Positions 34,002 through 41,011 of a stretch of 41,011 nt of DNA are shown here, piece after piece (the first letter of the stretch is position 1; each line of letters begins with the position of its first letter). A model generated the notes under the pieces. That model made no database searches. It had not been told where the DNA came from and saw only the letters and a list, made by a program, of their open reading frames with translations. This DNA comes from Enterococcus phage fHoEfa03. The stretch lies in the sequence record PV296018.1; one strand, 5' to 3'. The position numbers and the translations under genes are program-made.

Positions 34002-34015
34002 CCCCTTTTCTGATT

Positions 34016-34204
34016 TTATTTTAAGTTTTCTAATACTGTTTCAGTTAGTAAAATCACATCTAACATGTTTTCTAGTCTGTCGTTTAATCTATGTCCTTTT
34101 TCGTTATCTCCTTTGTCGTATGCTTCAATCATTTCAGCTTTTAATTTGTCAAATCTTTCGTTTAATTTTTGTAATTTGTTTTCGTATTTTTCTTTAGTTG
34201 TCAT
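34016..34204 (-). CDS. Hypothetical 62-aa coiled-coil protein (paralog B).
   Basis: Tandem paralog of 33753-33941. Confidence 0.55.
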   Translation of the reverse strand: MTTKEKYENKLQKLNERFDKLKAEMIEAYDKGDNEKGHRLNDRLENMLDVILLTETVLENLK

Positions 34205-34233
34205 TGTTTAATTCCTCCCTTAACTTATGAACT

Positions 34234-34262
34234 AAGTATACCATGCACAAAAAAGAAAGTCA
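34234..34262 (-). promoter_or_regulatory. Early promoter TTGACT-N17-TATACT with CATAAGTTAAGGGAGG leader.
   Basis: Reverse complement of agtcaa at 34257-34262 and agtata at 34234-34239. Confidence 0.45.
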
Positions 34263-34292
34263 ACTGTTTTAGTCAACTTTCTTTAAATTATT

Positions 34293-35879
34293 TTAAAAAA
34301 TATTATCTGTTTCAGAGGTATTGGTTTTCCATCTCACGTTAGTTGTACAACGTTGTACTCTTCCATCAACACGCTTAGTAATTACACTAAGAATAATGTT
34401 TTCTGATTGTGCTTTACGTTTCAATTCTGGAATGAACTTCTTGGCTGATACTTCCATTAGATTCTCTTCACGTAACATAGTGTTATATGCTTCTAATAAT
34501 TCTGTATTTGGAATTACATCATCAATATTGTTTGTAAATTCAAGTTCATTCAATTCAATAAAGTTAGCCATTGTGTCATTTCCTTGGATAAATGCGTCAC
34601 GTAATTTATTTGCATTATCACTGGTCCAGAACTGCCCTTTTGTTTCTCCATTTAGCCCAAACAATACATTTCTATATTGTTGCAGACAGTAGCTGATAAA
34701 CTCTGACTTTTCTTCATATGTGAAATTCTTTGAACGTTCTAGCCACATTGAATCTGTTGGGTTATCTCTTCCCATGGTCTTGTTAAATGGAAGCGTGATA
34801 ATACGGCGCAAGAAACCATGTGAAGTATCTGAAAAAGTAGGCATGTTATTAGTTGTGAAAATCATTAGTGCGTAGTTCGTAAATGTGAACTTGTTAATAC
34901 CTTTATACTCTGCACTCATTACGTCATTACCTGACAATGTTTTCAGTGTACCTGTTTGCTTAATGTGTTGCGCTGGCATATCAGTTTCAATATTTACCAT
35001 TTTACCAAATAATTGAGAGCTTGCGAATTTGTCATTATTACCTGATAAGCTGGCTAGTGTTGCATGACTTGTATTTGATTTACCTACTAGGTCCTCAATG
35101 AAGCTCATTACATGCGATTTACCGTTACTACCTTCACCAGTTGCAAATACCATTGCTTGTGGGTCTTGGTTGCGGTAGAAAATACGTCCAATCAATTGAA
35201 ATAGTGTTTTTGCGTCCTCTTCTAAAATATACTCAATCCATTCAGCAACGATATTGTGTTTAGGGTTCTCAATATAATCATATTCAATTCTTGTTGTTTG
35301 GTAGTCCTCTTTTACCGTTGGTTTTAATGTGTCCTCTTTAAAGCGATATGTGCCATTTTTAAATGCAATCTTATTTGGGTCCATTTTGTCATTAAATGGT
35401 AAGTTAGCACCAGAAGCAAGTGCATTTTTTGCCATTCTTTGAACTGCATTTCTAAATTGATTAGCAACCTTTGCATTTTCGGCGTAGTGTGGTGTATAGA
35501 CCATCATAAATTCATTGTAAAGCTTTTGCCATAAACGAGCTTCTAAGTTGTCCTCTGACACCTCATAAATTTTTGTGTCATGGTTGTAAACCACTGGTAA
35601 ACCAATTGTAGAACTTGCGTGTACTGGCAACACCTTAGCCATGTGAACTGCCAAGGCTTCTGCGTTTAAGCCATCATAACTTGGTTCTGGTCGTTGTGGC
35701 TCTGCATTCTTAGCCGCATCACCATTTTTAAAGTCAACTTCCCACTCTTTGTGGTCCTTTTCATAGTCCTTCAATGCTTTGATATATTGCTTACTTGGTG
35801 TCAAAGTCTTTTCAAGCGTGCTGATAAAGCTTAATTCAACTGGTTGGTCATATTCAACTTTTTGTAATTCATTTACCAT
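34293..35879 (-). CDS. D5-like / P4-family primase C-terminal SF3 helicase (NTPase).
   Basis: Walker A ATGEGSNGKSHV (GxGxNGKS is characteristic of phage/plasmid primase C-terminal D5-type helicases). 528 aa. Confidence 0.75.
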   Translation of the reverse strand: MVNELQKVEYDQPVELSFISTLEKTLTPSKQYIKALKDYEKDHKEWEVDFKNGDAAKNAEPQRPEPSYDGLNAEALAVHMAKVLPVHASSTIGLPVVYNHDTKIYEVSEDNLEARLWQKLYNEFMMVYTPHYAENAKVANQFRNAVQRMAKNALASGANLPFNDKMDPNKIAFKNGTYRFKEDTLKPTVKEDYQTTRIEYDYIENPKHNIVAEWIEYILEEDAKTLFQLIGRIFYRNQDPQAMVFATGEGSNGKSHVMSFIEDLVGKSNTSHATLASLSGNNDKFASSQLFGKMVNIETDMPAQHIKQTGTLKTLSGNDVMSAEYKGINKFTFTNYALMIFTTNNMPTFSDTSHGFLRRIITLPFNKTMGRDNPTDSMWLERSKNFTYEEKSEFISYCLQQYRNVLFGLNGETKGQFWTSDNANKLRDAFIQGNDTMANFIELNELEFTNNIDDVIPNTELLEAYNTMLREENLMEVSAKKFIPELKRKAQSENIILSVITKRVDGRVQRCTTNVRWKTNTSETDNIF

Positions 35880-35908
35880 TATTATTCCTCCTAATATCTT
35901 ATGACATT

Positions 35909-35937
35909 AATATACCATGTAAAAAAGAGAAAGTCAA
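35909..35937 (-). promoter_or_regulatory. Early promoter TTGACT-N17-TATATT with CATAAGATATTAGGAGG leader.
   Basis: Reverse complement of agtcaa at 35932-35937 and aatata at 35909-35914. Confidence 0.45.
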
Positions 35938-35973
35938 CTGTTTTATTTAACTTTCTCCCTTATAATAGCATAT

Positions 35974-36180
35974 TTAATTATATTTTTGTTTATCATATTG
36001 GTATATGCCAACCCAAAGCATTAATATTAATACTAACGCAACACCCACAATTAACCATTCTATAGTGTTTAATGATAGTAAAATGCACACAACTGCGATT
36101 CCTAACAATATGAAACAACCTAATAAAACAACGAATGCCACTGCTAAACATAATGCTTCTAATTTATTAATTCTACTCAT
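35974..36180 (-). CDS. Small membrane protein (68 aa, two TM helices).
   Basis: Highly hydrophobic: LCLAVAFVVLLGCFILLGIAVVCILL. Confidence 0.45.
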   Translation of the reverse strand: MSRINKLEALCLAVAFVVLLGCFILLGIAVVCILLSLNTIEWLIVGVALVLILMLWVGIYQYDKQKYN

Positions 36181-36395
36181 TTTGCTGCCTCCTCAAATTG
36201 TTGTTTTTGTGCTTTTGTTGCTTTTGTGTCACACATTGTAGCTTGCTTGTGTATCCATGCTTTAGAAACCATGTTTATTTCATTATCTAACAATGTGATA
36301 AAATAACCACGTGTGTCTATCTGGTCAATTCTGTAAATATTTAGACCATCAGTTGAAGCCCAAATTGAGCCAATAACCTTCACTGAATCACTCAT
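36177..36395 (-). CDS. Hypothetical protein (72 aa).
   Basis: ORF only. Confidence 0.4.
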   Translation of the reverse strand: MSDSVKVIGSIWASTDGLNIYRIDQIDTRGYFITLLDNEINMVSKAWIHKQATMCDTKATKAQKQQFEEAAK

Positions 36396-36609
36396 ATTTT
36401 CCCATCACCTCAATCAGGTAGTTATTCATTTCAAAATTATCACTTGGTATAAAGTCAATTGTTTGTTCGTGGTTCATCATCATAAAACTAATTTGATTGT
36501 TTGAAGTGTCAATTGCACATACACTAACTTCATCTTCAAAACTACCAATAATAAAGAAGTACCATGAATCATTTTCAAATTTCCAAAACGTACCTACATC
36601 TTTCTTCAT
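36388..36609 (-). CDS. Hypothetical protein (73 aa).
   Basis: ORF only. Confidence 0.4.
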   Translation of the reverse strand: MKKDVGTFWKFENDSWYFFIIGSFEDEVSVCAIDTSNNQISFMMMNHEQTIDFIPSDNFEMNNYLIEVMGKYE

Positions 36610-36623
36610 TACTATTCCTCCTA

Positions 36624-36779
36624 CTTAATCATAATATATAGAACAATTAACATTAACCAAATACCAGCCCAGCCAGCAGTTACATATGACATATAGATAA
36701 TAAATACAAACGCTAGTGGTAGTGCGATTCCTAATGTTACCAATAGTGCGAATGCGATTGCTTTTAATAATTTAATCAT
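36624..36779 (-). CDS. Hypothetical 51-aa membrane peptide. Its start overlaps the upstream stop (ATGA).
   Basis: MIKLLKAIAFALLVTLGIALPLAFVFIIYMSYVTAGWAGIWLMLIVLYIMIK. Below the ORF-track cutoff. Confidence 0.35.
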
Positions 36780-37027
36780 TTTGCGTCCTCCAATACATAT
36801 AATATTGAATCTAATGGAATGGTGATAAATGTGTCTTGCATTTCACCATCAATTTCAATTGCTTCTGGTTTTTCCAATTTCAATAACTTTTCATCATTTT
36901 CAACCGCTTGTTCATACATTACAAGAATTGGTTCTTCTGTGTATAAGCTGAATAGTTCATTATTTGTTAAACAAATATAATAGTTCGTTTTTACTGGCAT
37001 TCTTGTTCCTCCAATTTTATAATACAA
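36776..37027 (-). CDS. Hypothetical protein (~75-83 aa).
   Basis: Likely start at the internal Met (MPVKTNYY) behind GGAGGAACAAGA. Confidence 0.4.
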   Translation of the reverse strand: MYYKIGGTRMPVKTNYYICLTNNELFSLYTEEPILVMYEQAVENDEKLLKLEKPEAIEIDGEMQDTFITIPLDSILYVLEDAK

Positions 37028-37273
37028 TATAAACCATTTATACGCTTAGCTCTGCGTAACGCTTCATTATAGTGATATGCTTTAAGATATGCACGCTGTA
37101 CCTTGTTTTCTATATTTCCATATGTTACTTTAAATGTTTTTAGCTTACTCATCTTTATTGTACCTCCTAATCCTCAATATACTTGATAATGTTGTAAGTT
37201 CCCCAGATTCCAATTGTTACAAATACTAAACCAAATAGTGCCATTTTGTTTTCCTCCTTTATCTTATACACCT

Positions 37274-37302
37274 ACTATATCACATGGTATAGTAGGTGTC
37301 AA
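37274..37302 (-). promoter_or_regulatory. Early promoter TTGACA-N17-TATAGT with an embedded 11-bp palindrome (cacctactata / tatagtaggtg) and TATAAGATAAAGGAGG leader.
   Basis: Same architecture as 30425-30453. Confidence 0.55.
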
Positions 37303-37307
37303 GTGTT

Positions 37308-37919
37308 TTACTTAAATTCTTTTAAAATTTCTAGCGCTTCTTTTGCTTCATTTAGTTTCTGAATTTTATCACGCAATTTAACTCGTTGTCCTTCCATTCT
37401 TTCAATTTTATCAATAATGTTCATACGTTCCTTGTGTAGTAATTCAATTCTATCATTTAGTTGTTTTTCAATGTCCACTGTGATTGTTGCGGTTGGTTCT
37501 ACTTTTTTAAGTTCGTCTTTAGTAATGAGGTTTGTCCATTTGTGGTTACCTATTCTTACCGTTGTGCTATACACATCTGTAATTATTACTTTTTCACCTA
37601 CATTATAAAGTTCATCTTTTTCATTTCTTGCGTTTGATGTGTTACTAGTGATTTCTACTAAATCTCCTATTTTAAATTCTTGCATTGTTTCCTCCTCATT
37701 AACAATTTCAAATACTACTAGTCTATGGTTTCCGTTTAAACAGTCTAACATGTAATCTGTATATGCGTCATGTCCATGGTCGTCCTTAATTGATAAACTA
37801 TCATCTTTAGTTAGTTTTACTTCATACAATTTACCTACGGTCCACCAGATTATATTGCTTTTTGTGCAAATTAATTTTGTTCCTACTGTAATATCATTTT
37901 CAGTATACTTCATATGCAT
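37308..37919 (-). CDS. Hypothetical protein (203 aa) with a C-terminal coiled coil.
   Basis: ORF with a GGGAGGAAAATG RBS. Confidence 0.5.
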   Translation of the reverse strand: MHMKYTENDITVGTKLICTKSNIIWWTVGKLYEVKLTKDDSLSIKDDHGHDAYTDYMLDCLNGNHRLVVFEIVNEEETMQEFKIGDLVEITSNTSNARNEKDELYNVGEKVIITDVYSTTVRIGNHKWTNLITKDELKKVEPTATITVDIEKQLNDRIELLHKERMNIIDKIERMEGQRVKLRDKIQKLNEAKEALEILKEFK

Positions 37920-38127
37920 TTTCCTCCCAAATTAATAAGTCTAGTGTTTCAAATGCTTTTTTCATTACTCTAATACTGTCTAAATTATACCCATGATTTC
38001 CTAACAATGTCTGAACTTCACCAGCTGAACCATTTTCCCAACCGTATAAAATACCCTCGTTGTCCCAACCACCTATAATATCTCTAATCTGTTCAATTGT
38101 GAAATTTTCTTTAAATAGTTGTTTCAT
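37900..38127 (-). CDS. Hypothetical protein (75 aa).
   Basis: ORF with a GGAGGAACAG RBS. Confidence 0.45.
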   Translation of the reverse strand: MKQLFKENFTIEQIRDIIGGWDNEGILYGWENGSAGEVQTLLGNHGYNLDSIRVMKKAFETLDLLIWEENAYEVY

Positions 38128-38140
38128 TTAACTGTTCCTC

Positions 38141-38329
38141 CTATTTTTCCACTTTTTCAAAATAGTTTGGTTCGAATGTATAAGTAAAGCCCGCTAATCG
38201 TAATACTGTTTCAGAAGCCCATTCCACTGTAAACACTATTGTGTTTGGTTGTTCACCTTCAATTTTTCCTAATTCATCAAACCAAAAACTATCCGTGTAT
38301 TTCACCTTATCGCCTTTTTTGAATGTCAT
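38141..38329 (-). CDS. Hypothetical protein (62 aa).
   Basis: ORF with a GAGGAGGAAACA RBS. Confidence 0.45.
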   Translation of the reverse strand: MTFKKGDKVKYTDSFWFDELGKIEGEQPNTIVFTVEWASETVLRLAGFTYTFEPNYFEKVEK

Positions 38330-38343
38330 TTTGTTTCCTCCTC

Positions 38344-38739
38344 TTATCTTATGAAACCAGTATAGTCTAACTTAACTAGTTTGTCAAGCTTATTTGCCAA
38401 TTTTCTTTGTTCTTCGTTGTATGCTTCTACTGCGTCCTCCCTACGTTGCATATACAACTTAGCCACCTCATGGTTTAATGTTACGTTATGCTCATGTATT
38501 AGTTGTTCACACTTATTTATTCTGCGTTCCCAACGTTCGTTGCATTCTTTAATTTGCTTTTTAAGCTGCTTTAACTTAAACTGTTTAGCTTCATCATCTG
38601 TCATTTGGCGTTCAGTAATAATGTAATGTATACCGTCATAGACAGTATATTGAGACAGTGTTTCGTTATCTTCCATTTGGTACAAGTGTTCTTGTAATGC
38701 TACCTGTGTGTGAAATAAGTGTGCTTCACGTTTAATCAT
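38344..38739 (-). CDS. Hypothetical coiled-coil protein (131 aa).
   Basis: ORF with a GGAGGACTTAAAATG RBS. Confidence 0.5.
   Translation of the reverse strand: MIKREAHLFHTQVALQEHLYQMEDNETLSQYTVYDGIHYIITERQMTDDEAKQFKLKQLKKQIKECNERWERRINKCEQLIHEHNVTLNHEVAKLYMQRREDAVEAYNEEQRKLANKLDKLVKLDYTGFIR
38359..38387 (-). promoter_or_regulatory. Early promoter TTGACA-N17-TATACT with CATAAGATAAGAGGAGG leader. It is embedded in the 3' end of the upstream ORF.
   Basis: Reverse complement of tgtcaa at 38382-38387 and agtata at 38359-38364. Confidence 0.45.
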
Positions 38740-38927
38740 TTTAAGTCCTCCAATTGTTTTTCTAATTCTTCAATTCTACGTTCTCTTTTTGCCAGCTCGT
38801 TGATTGTCTTAAGTCGTTTATTAAACTCTATATCGTGCATATACTTCCAATACTTTACGTCAAGCTCTGTTTCTTTTAGCTCTCGTTTTAGAATTAAATA
38901 CTTACTTTTTAGTGTTAGTCCTAACAT
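38736..38927 (-). CDS. Hypothetical protein (63 aa, charged coiled-coil).
   Basis: ORF with an AGGAGGAACAATAATG RBS. Confidence 0.45.
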   Translation of the reverse strand: MLGLTLKSKYLILKRELKETELDVKYWKYMHDIEFNKRLKTINELAKRERRIEELEKQLEDLK

Positions 38928-38939
38928 TATTGTTCCTCC

Positions 38940-39383
38940 TTATAATTGTTTACTATAGCAACCGTTTATTTTAACACCAATGAAACCATATTGTGGTTCT
39001 CCGTTTACTCGTAAGCGTGTTCTTTCTAAAATATTTCCACCGTCTTTTCCTACCTCTTTAAATAGTCTCATAAATAATTCATATGAAATATCTGAGTTGT
39101 TCCAATCGTTGAAGTCATCACGCAACATTTTACTGCTCGTAAATACTGGTTCATGTTCACTGTAGTATACTTTTCTTGCTGTACACCATTGTTTGACACG
39201 TTCTTTCATATGTCTGTTAAACTCTGGTGCTTTTCGCTCTTGTAACACCTCATACTCTGTAATAATGTAATGCCACTCACCTTGAATAGTGTGTGAGATA
39301 ATAGTTGTTTCTTCACCTAATGATTCAATGTATTCTGTTACGTTGTTCATTCCACAAAATTCTTTGATTGTCTTTTTCTTCAT
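38940..39383 (-). CDS. First early gene product, hypothetical (147 aa).
   Basis: ORF with an ACGAGGAGGAAATATTATG RBS. Lies immediately downstream of the early promoter and the iteron array. Confidence 0.5.
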   Translation of the reverse strand: MKKKTIKEFCGMNNVTEYIESLGEETTIISHTIQGEWHYIITEYEVLQERKAPEFNRHMKERVKQWCTARKVYYSEHEPVFTSSKMLRDDFNDWNNSDISYELFMRLFKEVGKDGGNILERTRLRVNGEPQYGFIGVKINGCYSKQL

Positions 39384-39430
39384 AATATTTCCTCCTCGTT
39401 TGTTTATAATTGTTGTGGTTTACATTTATT

Positions 39431-39459
39431 ATACTAAACCATGTTTGGTAATTTGTCAA
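39431..39459 (-). promoter_or_regulatory. Leftward early promoter: TTGACA at rc 39454-39459, -10 TAGTAT at 17-nt spacing (or TATAAT at 20-nt).
   Basis: Reverse complement reads aactgTTGACAaattaccaaacatggttTAGTATAATaaatg. Confidence 0.5.
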
Positions 39460-39480
39460 CAGTTTTGTTTAAATTTATTG

Positions 39481-39890
39481 AAATTTGTTTAATGTAACGC
39501 TTTGTAACACTTATTGTAACGCTTTGTAACGTTTAAGTGTTACGAAAAAAACCTATATAAACATTGATATATCAACGTTTCAAACCAAGTGTAACACTTG
39601 TAACGCTTGTAACGCTTTTTTTCAAGTTCTATACCCCACACCTATATACTATATTATTTTATTAATTATATTTCTATAGAGTTGTTTTAAAGCGTTACAA
39701 GTGTTACACTTATAAGATAACATAGTATAAAGATTGGTTTATCAACGTTTATAGGTGTAACACTTAGACCAACATGGTTATGTATAAGCGTTACATAAGT
39801 GTTACACTTATTGGTTTCTACAAGCTGTATCAATTGATATCACTATGTTTTAGTTGAAAATACTAAGTGTTACAAAGCGTTACACTTCAA
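39481..39890. repeat. Iteron array: 8-9 copies of GTAACGC(TT) / (AA)GTGTTACAC motifs in both orientations, two copies of TTTATCAACGTTT, and a TCAATTGATATCA palindrome. Candidate origin of replication and/or operator array.
   Basis: Units include tgtaacgctttgtaacac, ttgtaacgctttgtaacg, aagtgtaacacttgtaacgcttgtaacgc, aagcgttacaagtgttacactt, aggtgtaacactt, aagcgttacataagtgttacactt and taagtgttacaaagcgttacactt. Non-coding, AT-rich flanks. Confidence 0.6.
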
Positions 39891-39987
39891 GTTAAACAAG
39901 AGTAAAAGTACAACAATGGTTTGTTATTTAATAAAAATAATAGATTAAAATTAATGATTAATCTATTCCCTAAAGCACAAATAAGTA

Positions 39988-39996
39988 TGCTATAAT
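39988..39996 (+). promoter_or_regulatory. Extended -10 promoter TGcTATAAT for the rightward right-end module.
   Basis: ataagtatgctataatatag. Confidence 0.45.
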
Positions 39997-40045
39997 ATAG
40001 AAGTAAAGTAAAAACAAATAGGAGGAAACAATTATTAATAAAGGA

Positions 40046-40237
40046 ATGCAATTAGTAGTAGCACTAATCATCTTAGTATTTACAGTAGGAATGGCAGGAC
40101 TAATGTATGTGTATCTACCCTATGTATTGTGGACATCAGGTAACACTGGTTTAGCTATTGTCTATATCTTATGGAATGTATTTGGACGTATGCTACTAAC
40201 AGGTATGAAGTCCACACTAGAGGGCTACAACAAATAA
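40046..40237 (+). CDS. Small membrane protein (63 aa, two TM helices).
   Basis: LVVALIILVFTVGMAGLMYVYL and LAIVYILWNVF. Confidence 0.45.
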   Translation: MQLVVALIILVFTVGMAGLMYVYLPYVLWTSGNTGLAIVYILWNVFGRMLLTGMKSTLEGYNK

Positions 40238-40319
40238 GTACCACCATATACAATATAGAATGGAGGGTATAGTTTAATACTGTACCCTTGACAACACAAC
40301 ATAGAGGAGGGTATACTAT

Positions 40320-40523
40320 ATGAACATGGAGGGCATGACAGACAAGCAACTACTATCTCATACTAAGTTAGAGTTAGTATCATACATCAGACAGTTAGAG
40401 CAAGCAATGGTTACCAACACATCAGACACAACAGAACAACCAACAACAGAACCAACAACCAAAGCTAAAGTATCTTATGACATCTTTAATAGTAATACTA
40501 ACAAAGATATGTGGGGCTTCTAA
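40320..40523 (+). CDS. Hypothetical protein (67 aa) with a Thr/Pro/Glu-rich linker.
   Basis: ORF with a GGAGGGTATACTATATG RBS. A/C-rich codon usage unlike the rest of the genome. Confidence 0.45.
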   Translation: MNMEGMTDKQLLSHTKLELVSYIRQLEQAMVTNTSDTTEQPTTEPTTKAKVSYDIFNSNTNKDMWGF

Positions 40524-40894
40524 TGCCTAAGCGACGGTGTAAGGTTGCACACTGCAGGGAGTATGTAGATATACCTGAAGTGTACTGTGAACAACACAGA
40601 GGACAACAAGCAAAGACATACAACAAGCAAGTAAGACATTCACCAGATAACAAGAAGTATGCGGACTTCTATGCATCAACACAGTGGCGAAACGTTAGAG
40701 CAAGAAAGCTATCAATGAATCCAATGTGTGAAGTATGTAATGCAAGCATAGCAACCATAGTGCATCATAGGCAAGAGGTACGGACCGCAATGGGTTGGGA
40801 ACATAGGTTAGATATAGATAATCTAGAAAGTATCTGTCAAGAGTGTCACAACAAAGAAGAACATTCAGCCAGCTTCCGCCACCGCAAGGGGTGA
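40511..40894 (+). CDS. Packaging-associated HNH endonuclease (zinc-finger HNH of the type paired with terS/terL in cos phages).
   Basis: Cys pairs CKVAHC / CEQH and CEVC...CQECH with HH (IVHH). ~127 aa. Lies at the genome right end adjacent to the putative cos. Confidence 0.7.
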   Translation: MGLLMPKRRCKVAHCREYVDIPEVYCEQHRGQQAKTYNKQVRHSPDNKKYADFYASTQWRNVRARKLSMNPMCEVCNASIATIVHHRQEVRTAMGWEHRLDIDNLESICQECHNKEEHSASFRHRKG

Positions 40895-40914
40895 TTGTAG
40901 GCAGGGCTATCATA

Positions 40915-41011
40915 TTTTAAAAAGTGGGAGGGAGTACCAAAATAAAATGGGAGGGAGAGCTAAATTTTTTAGACCCCCCCTCGATTTTTTGGTGGAACTA
41001 ATTCATCACCG
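40915..41011. repeat. Right-end cos-proximal sequence: direct repeat TGGGAGGGAG x2 (40915-40924, 40938-40947) and G/C-rich GACCCCCCCTCG.
   Basis: Read directly. Non-coding tail after the HNH gene. Local GC is unusually high for this genome. Confidence 0.35.

Noticed and set aside
33043-34197. Plus-strand Leu/Phe-rich ORFs (33043-33315, 33647-33961, 33802-34197) in the early region.
   Set aside because: They are antisense to the well-supported minus-strand genes and their promoters. They show low complexity and have no RBS.
38150-38175. tRNA-like GGTTCGAAT motif.
   Set aside because: It occurs inside a coding region with no surrounding cloverleaf-compatible arms. No convincing tRNA was found anywhere in the window.
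39481-39890. Possible CRISPR array suggested by repeated GTAACGC / GTGTTACAC units.
   Set aside because: The repeats are short (7-10 nt), occur in both orientations, and have irregular spacing. There are no uniform spacers and no cas genes. This fits iterons or operators, not CRISPR.
1-41011. Prophage, lysogeny module or integration site.
   Set aside because: No integrase (tyrosine or serine recombinase), excisionase, CI/Cro-type repressor pair or att-like flanking host genes were found. The termini look like phage cos-proximal sequence, so I treat this as a virulent phage genome and not an integrated element.

Overview
The window looks like a complete or near-complete ~41 kb genome of a tailed, cos-type dsDNA phage (siphovirus-like, HK97-fold head) from a low-GC Gram-positive, probably Lactobacillales-like, host. 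I see no integrase and no CI-type repressor, so it is probably virulent.

The layout has three parts.
1. Rightward late operon, ~0.4-20.5 kb: free-standing HNH homing endonuclease, small (P27-like) and large terminase, portal, prohead protease, major capsid protein with an N-terminal scaffold-like acidic domain, head-tail joining proteins, major tail protein, G / G-T chaperone with a -1 frameshift, tape measure protein with a C-terminal lytic transglycosylase domain, a long 'evolved' Dit, Tal, and a lysis cassette (XhlA-like protein, holin, signal-peptide amidase endolysin with two SH3b repeats).
2. Leftward early/replication operon, 39.4 -> 20.6 kb: many small proteins, a D5-like SF3 primase-helicase, SNF2-type helicase, VRR-NUC nuclease, PrimPol-domain protein, MBL-fold hydrolase, an SSB-like protein with a DDLPF tail, family B DNA polymerase, NrdH-like glutaredoxin, and four more free-standing HNH endonucleases.
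3. A short, compositionally distinct rightward module at the right end, 40.0-40.9 kb, with a packaging-type zinc-finger HNH next to the putative cos end.

Regulatory structure is rich. There is a late promoter family with a conserved ACACCCACAA upstream box and a conserved leader. There is an early promoter family TTGAC(A/T)-N17-TATA(C/G)T with a conserved CATAAGATAAGGAGG leader. Intrinsic terminators punctuate the late operon. A ~400-bp array of GTAACGC/GTGTTACAC iterons lies at the early/right-module boundary.

The most unusual signal is a near-identical 63-nt element immediately after both the major capsid and major tail genes. Each gene ends CCC-UAG followed by hairpins. This is consistent with programmed +1 recoding that would append the same 21-aa tail to both proteins.
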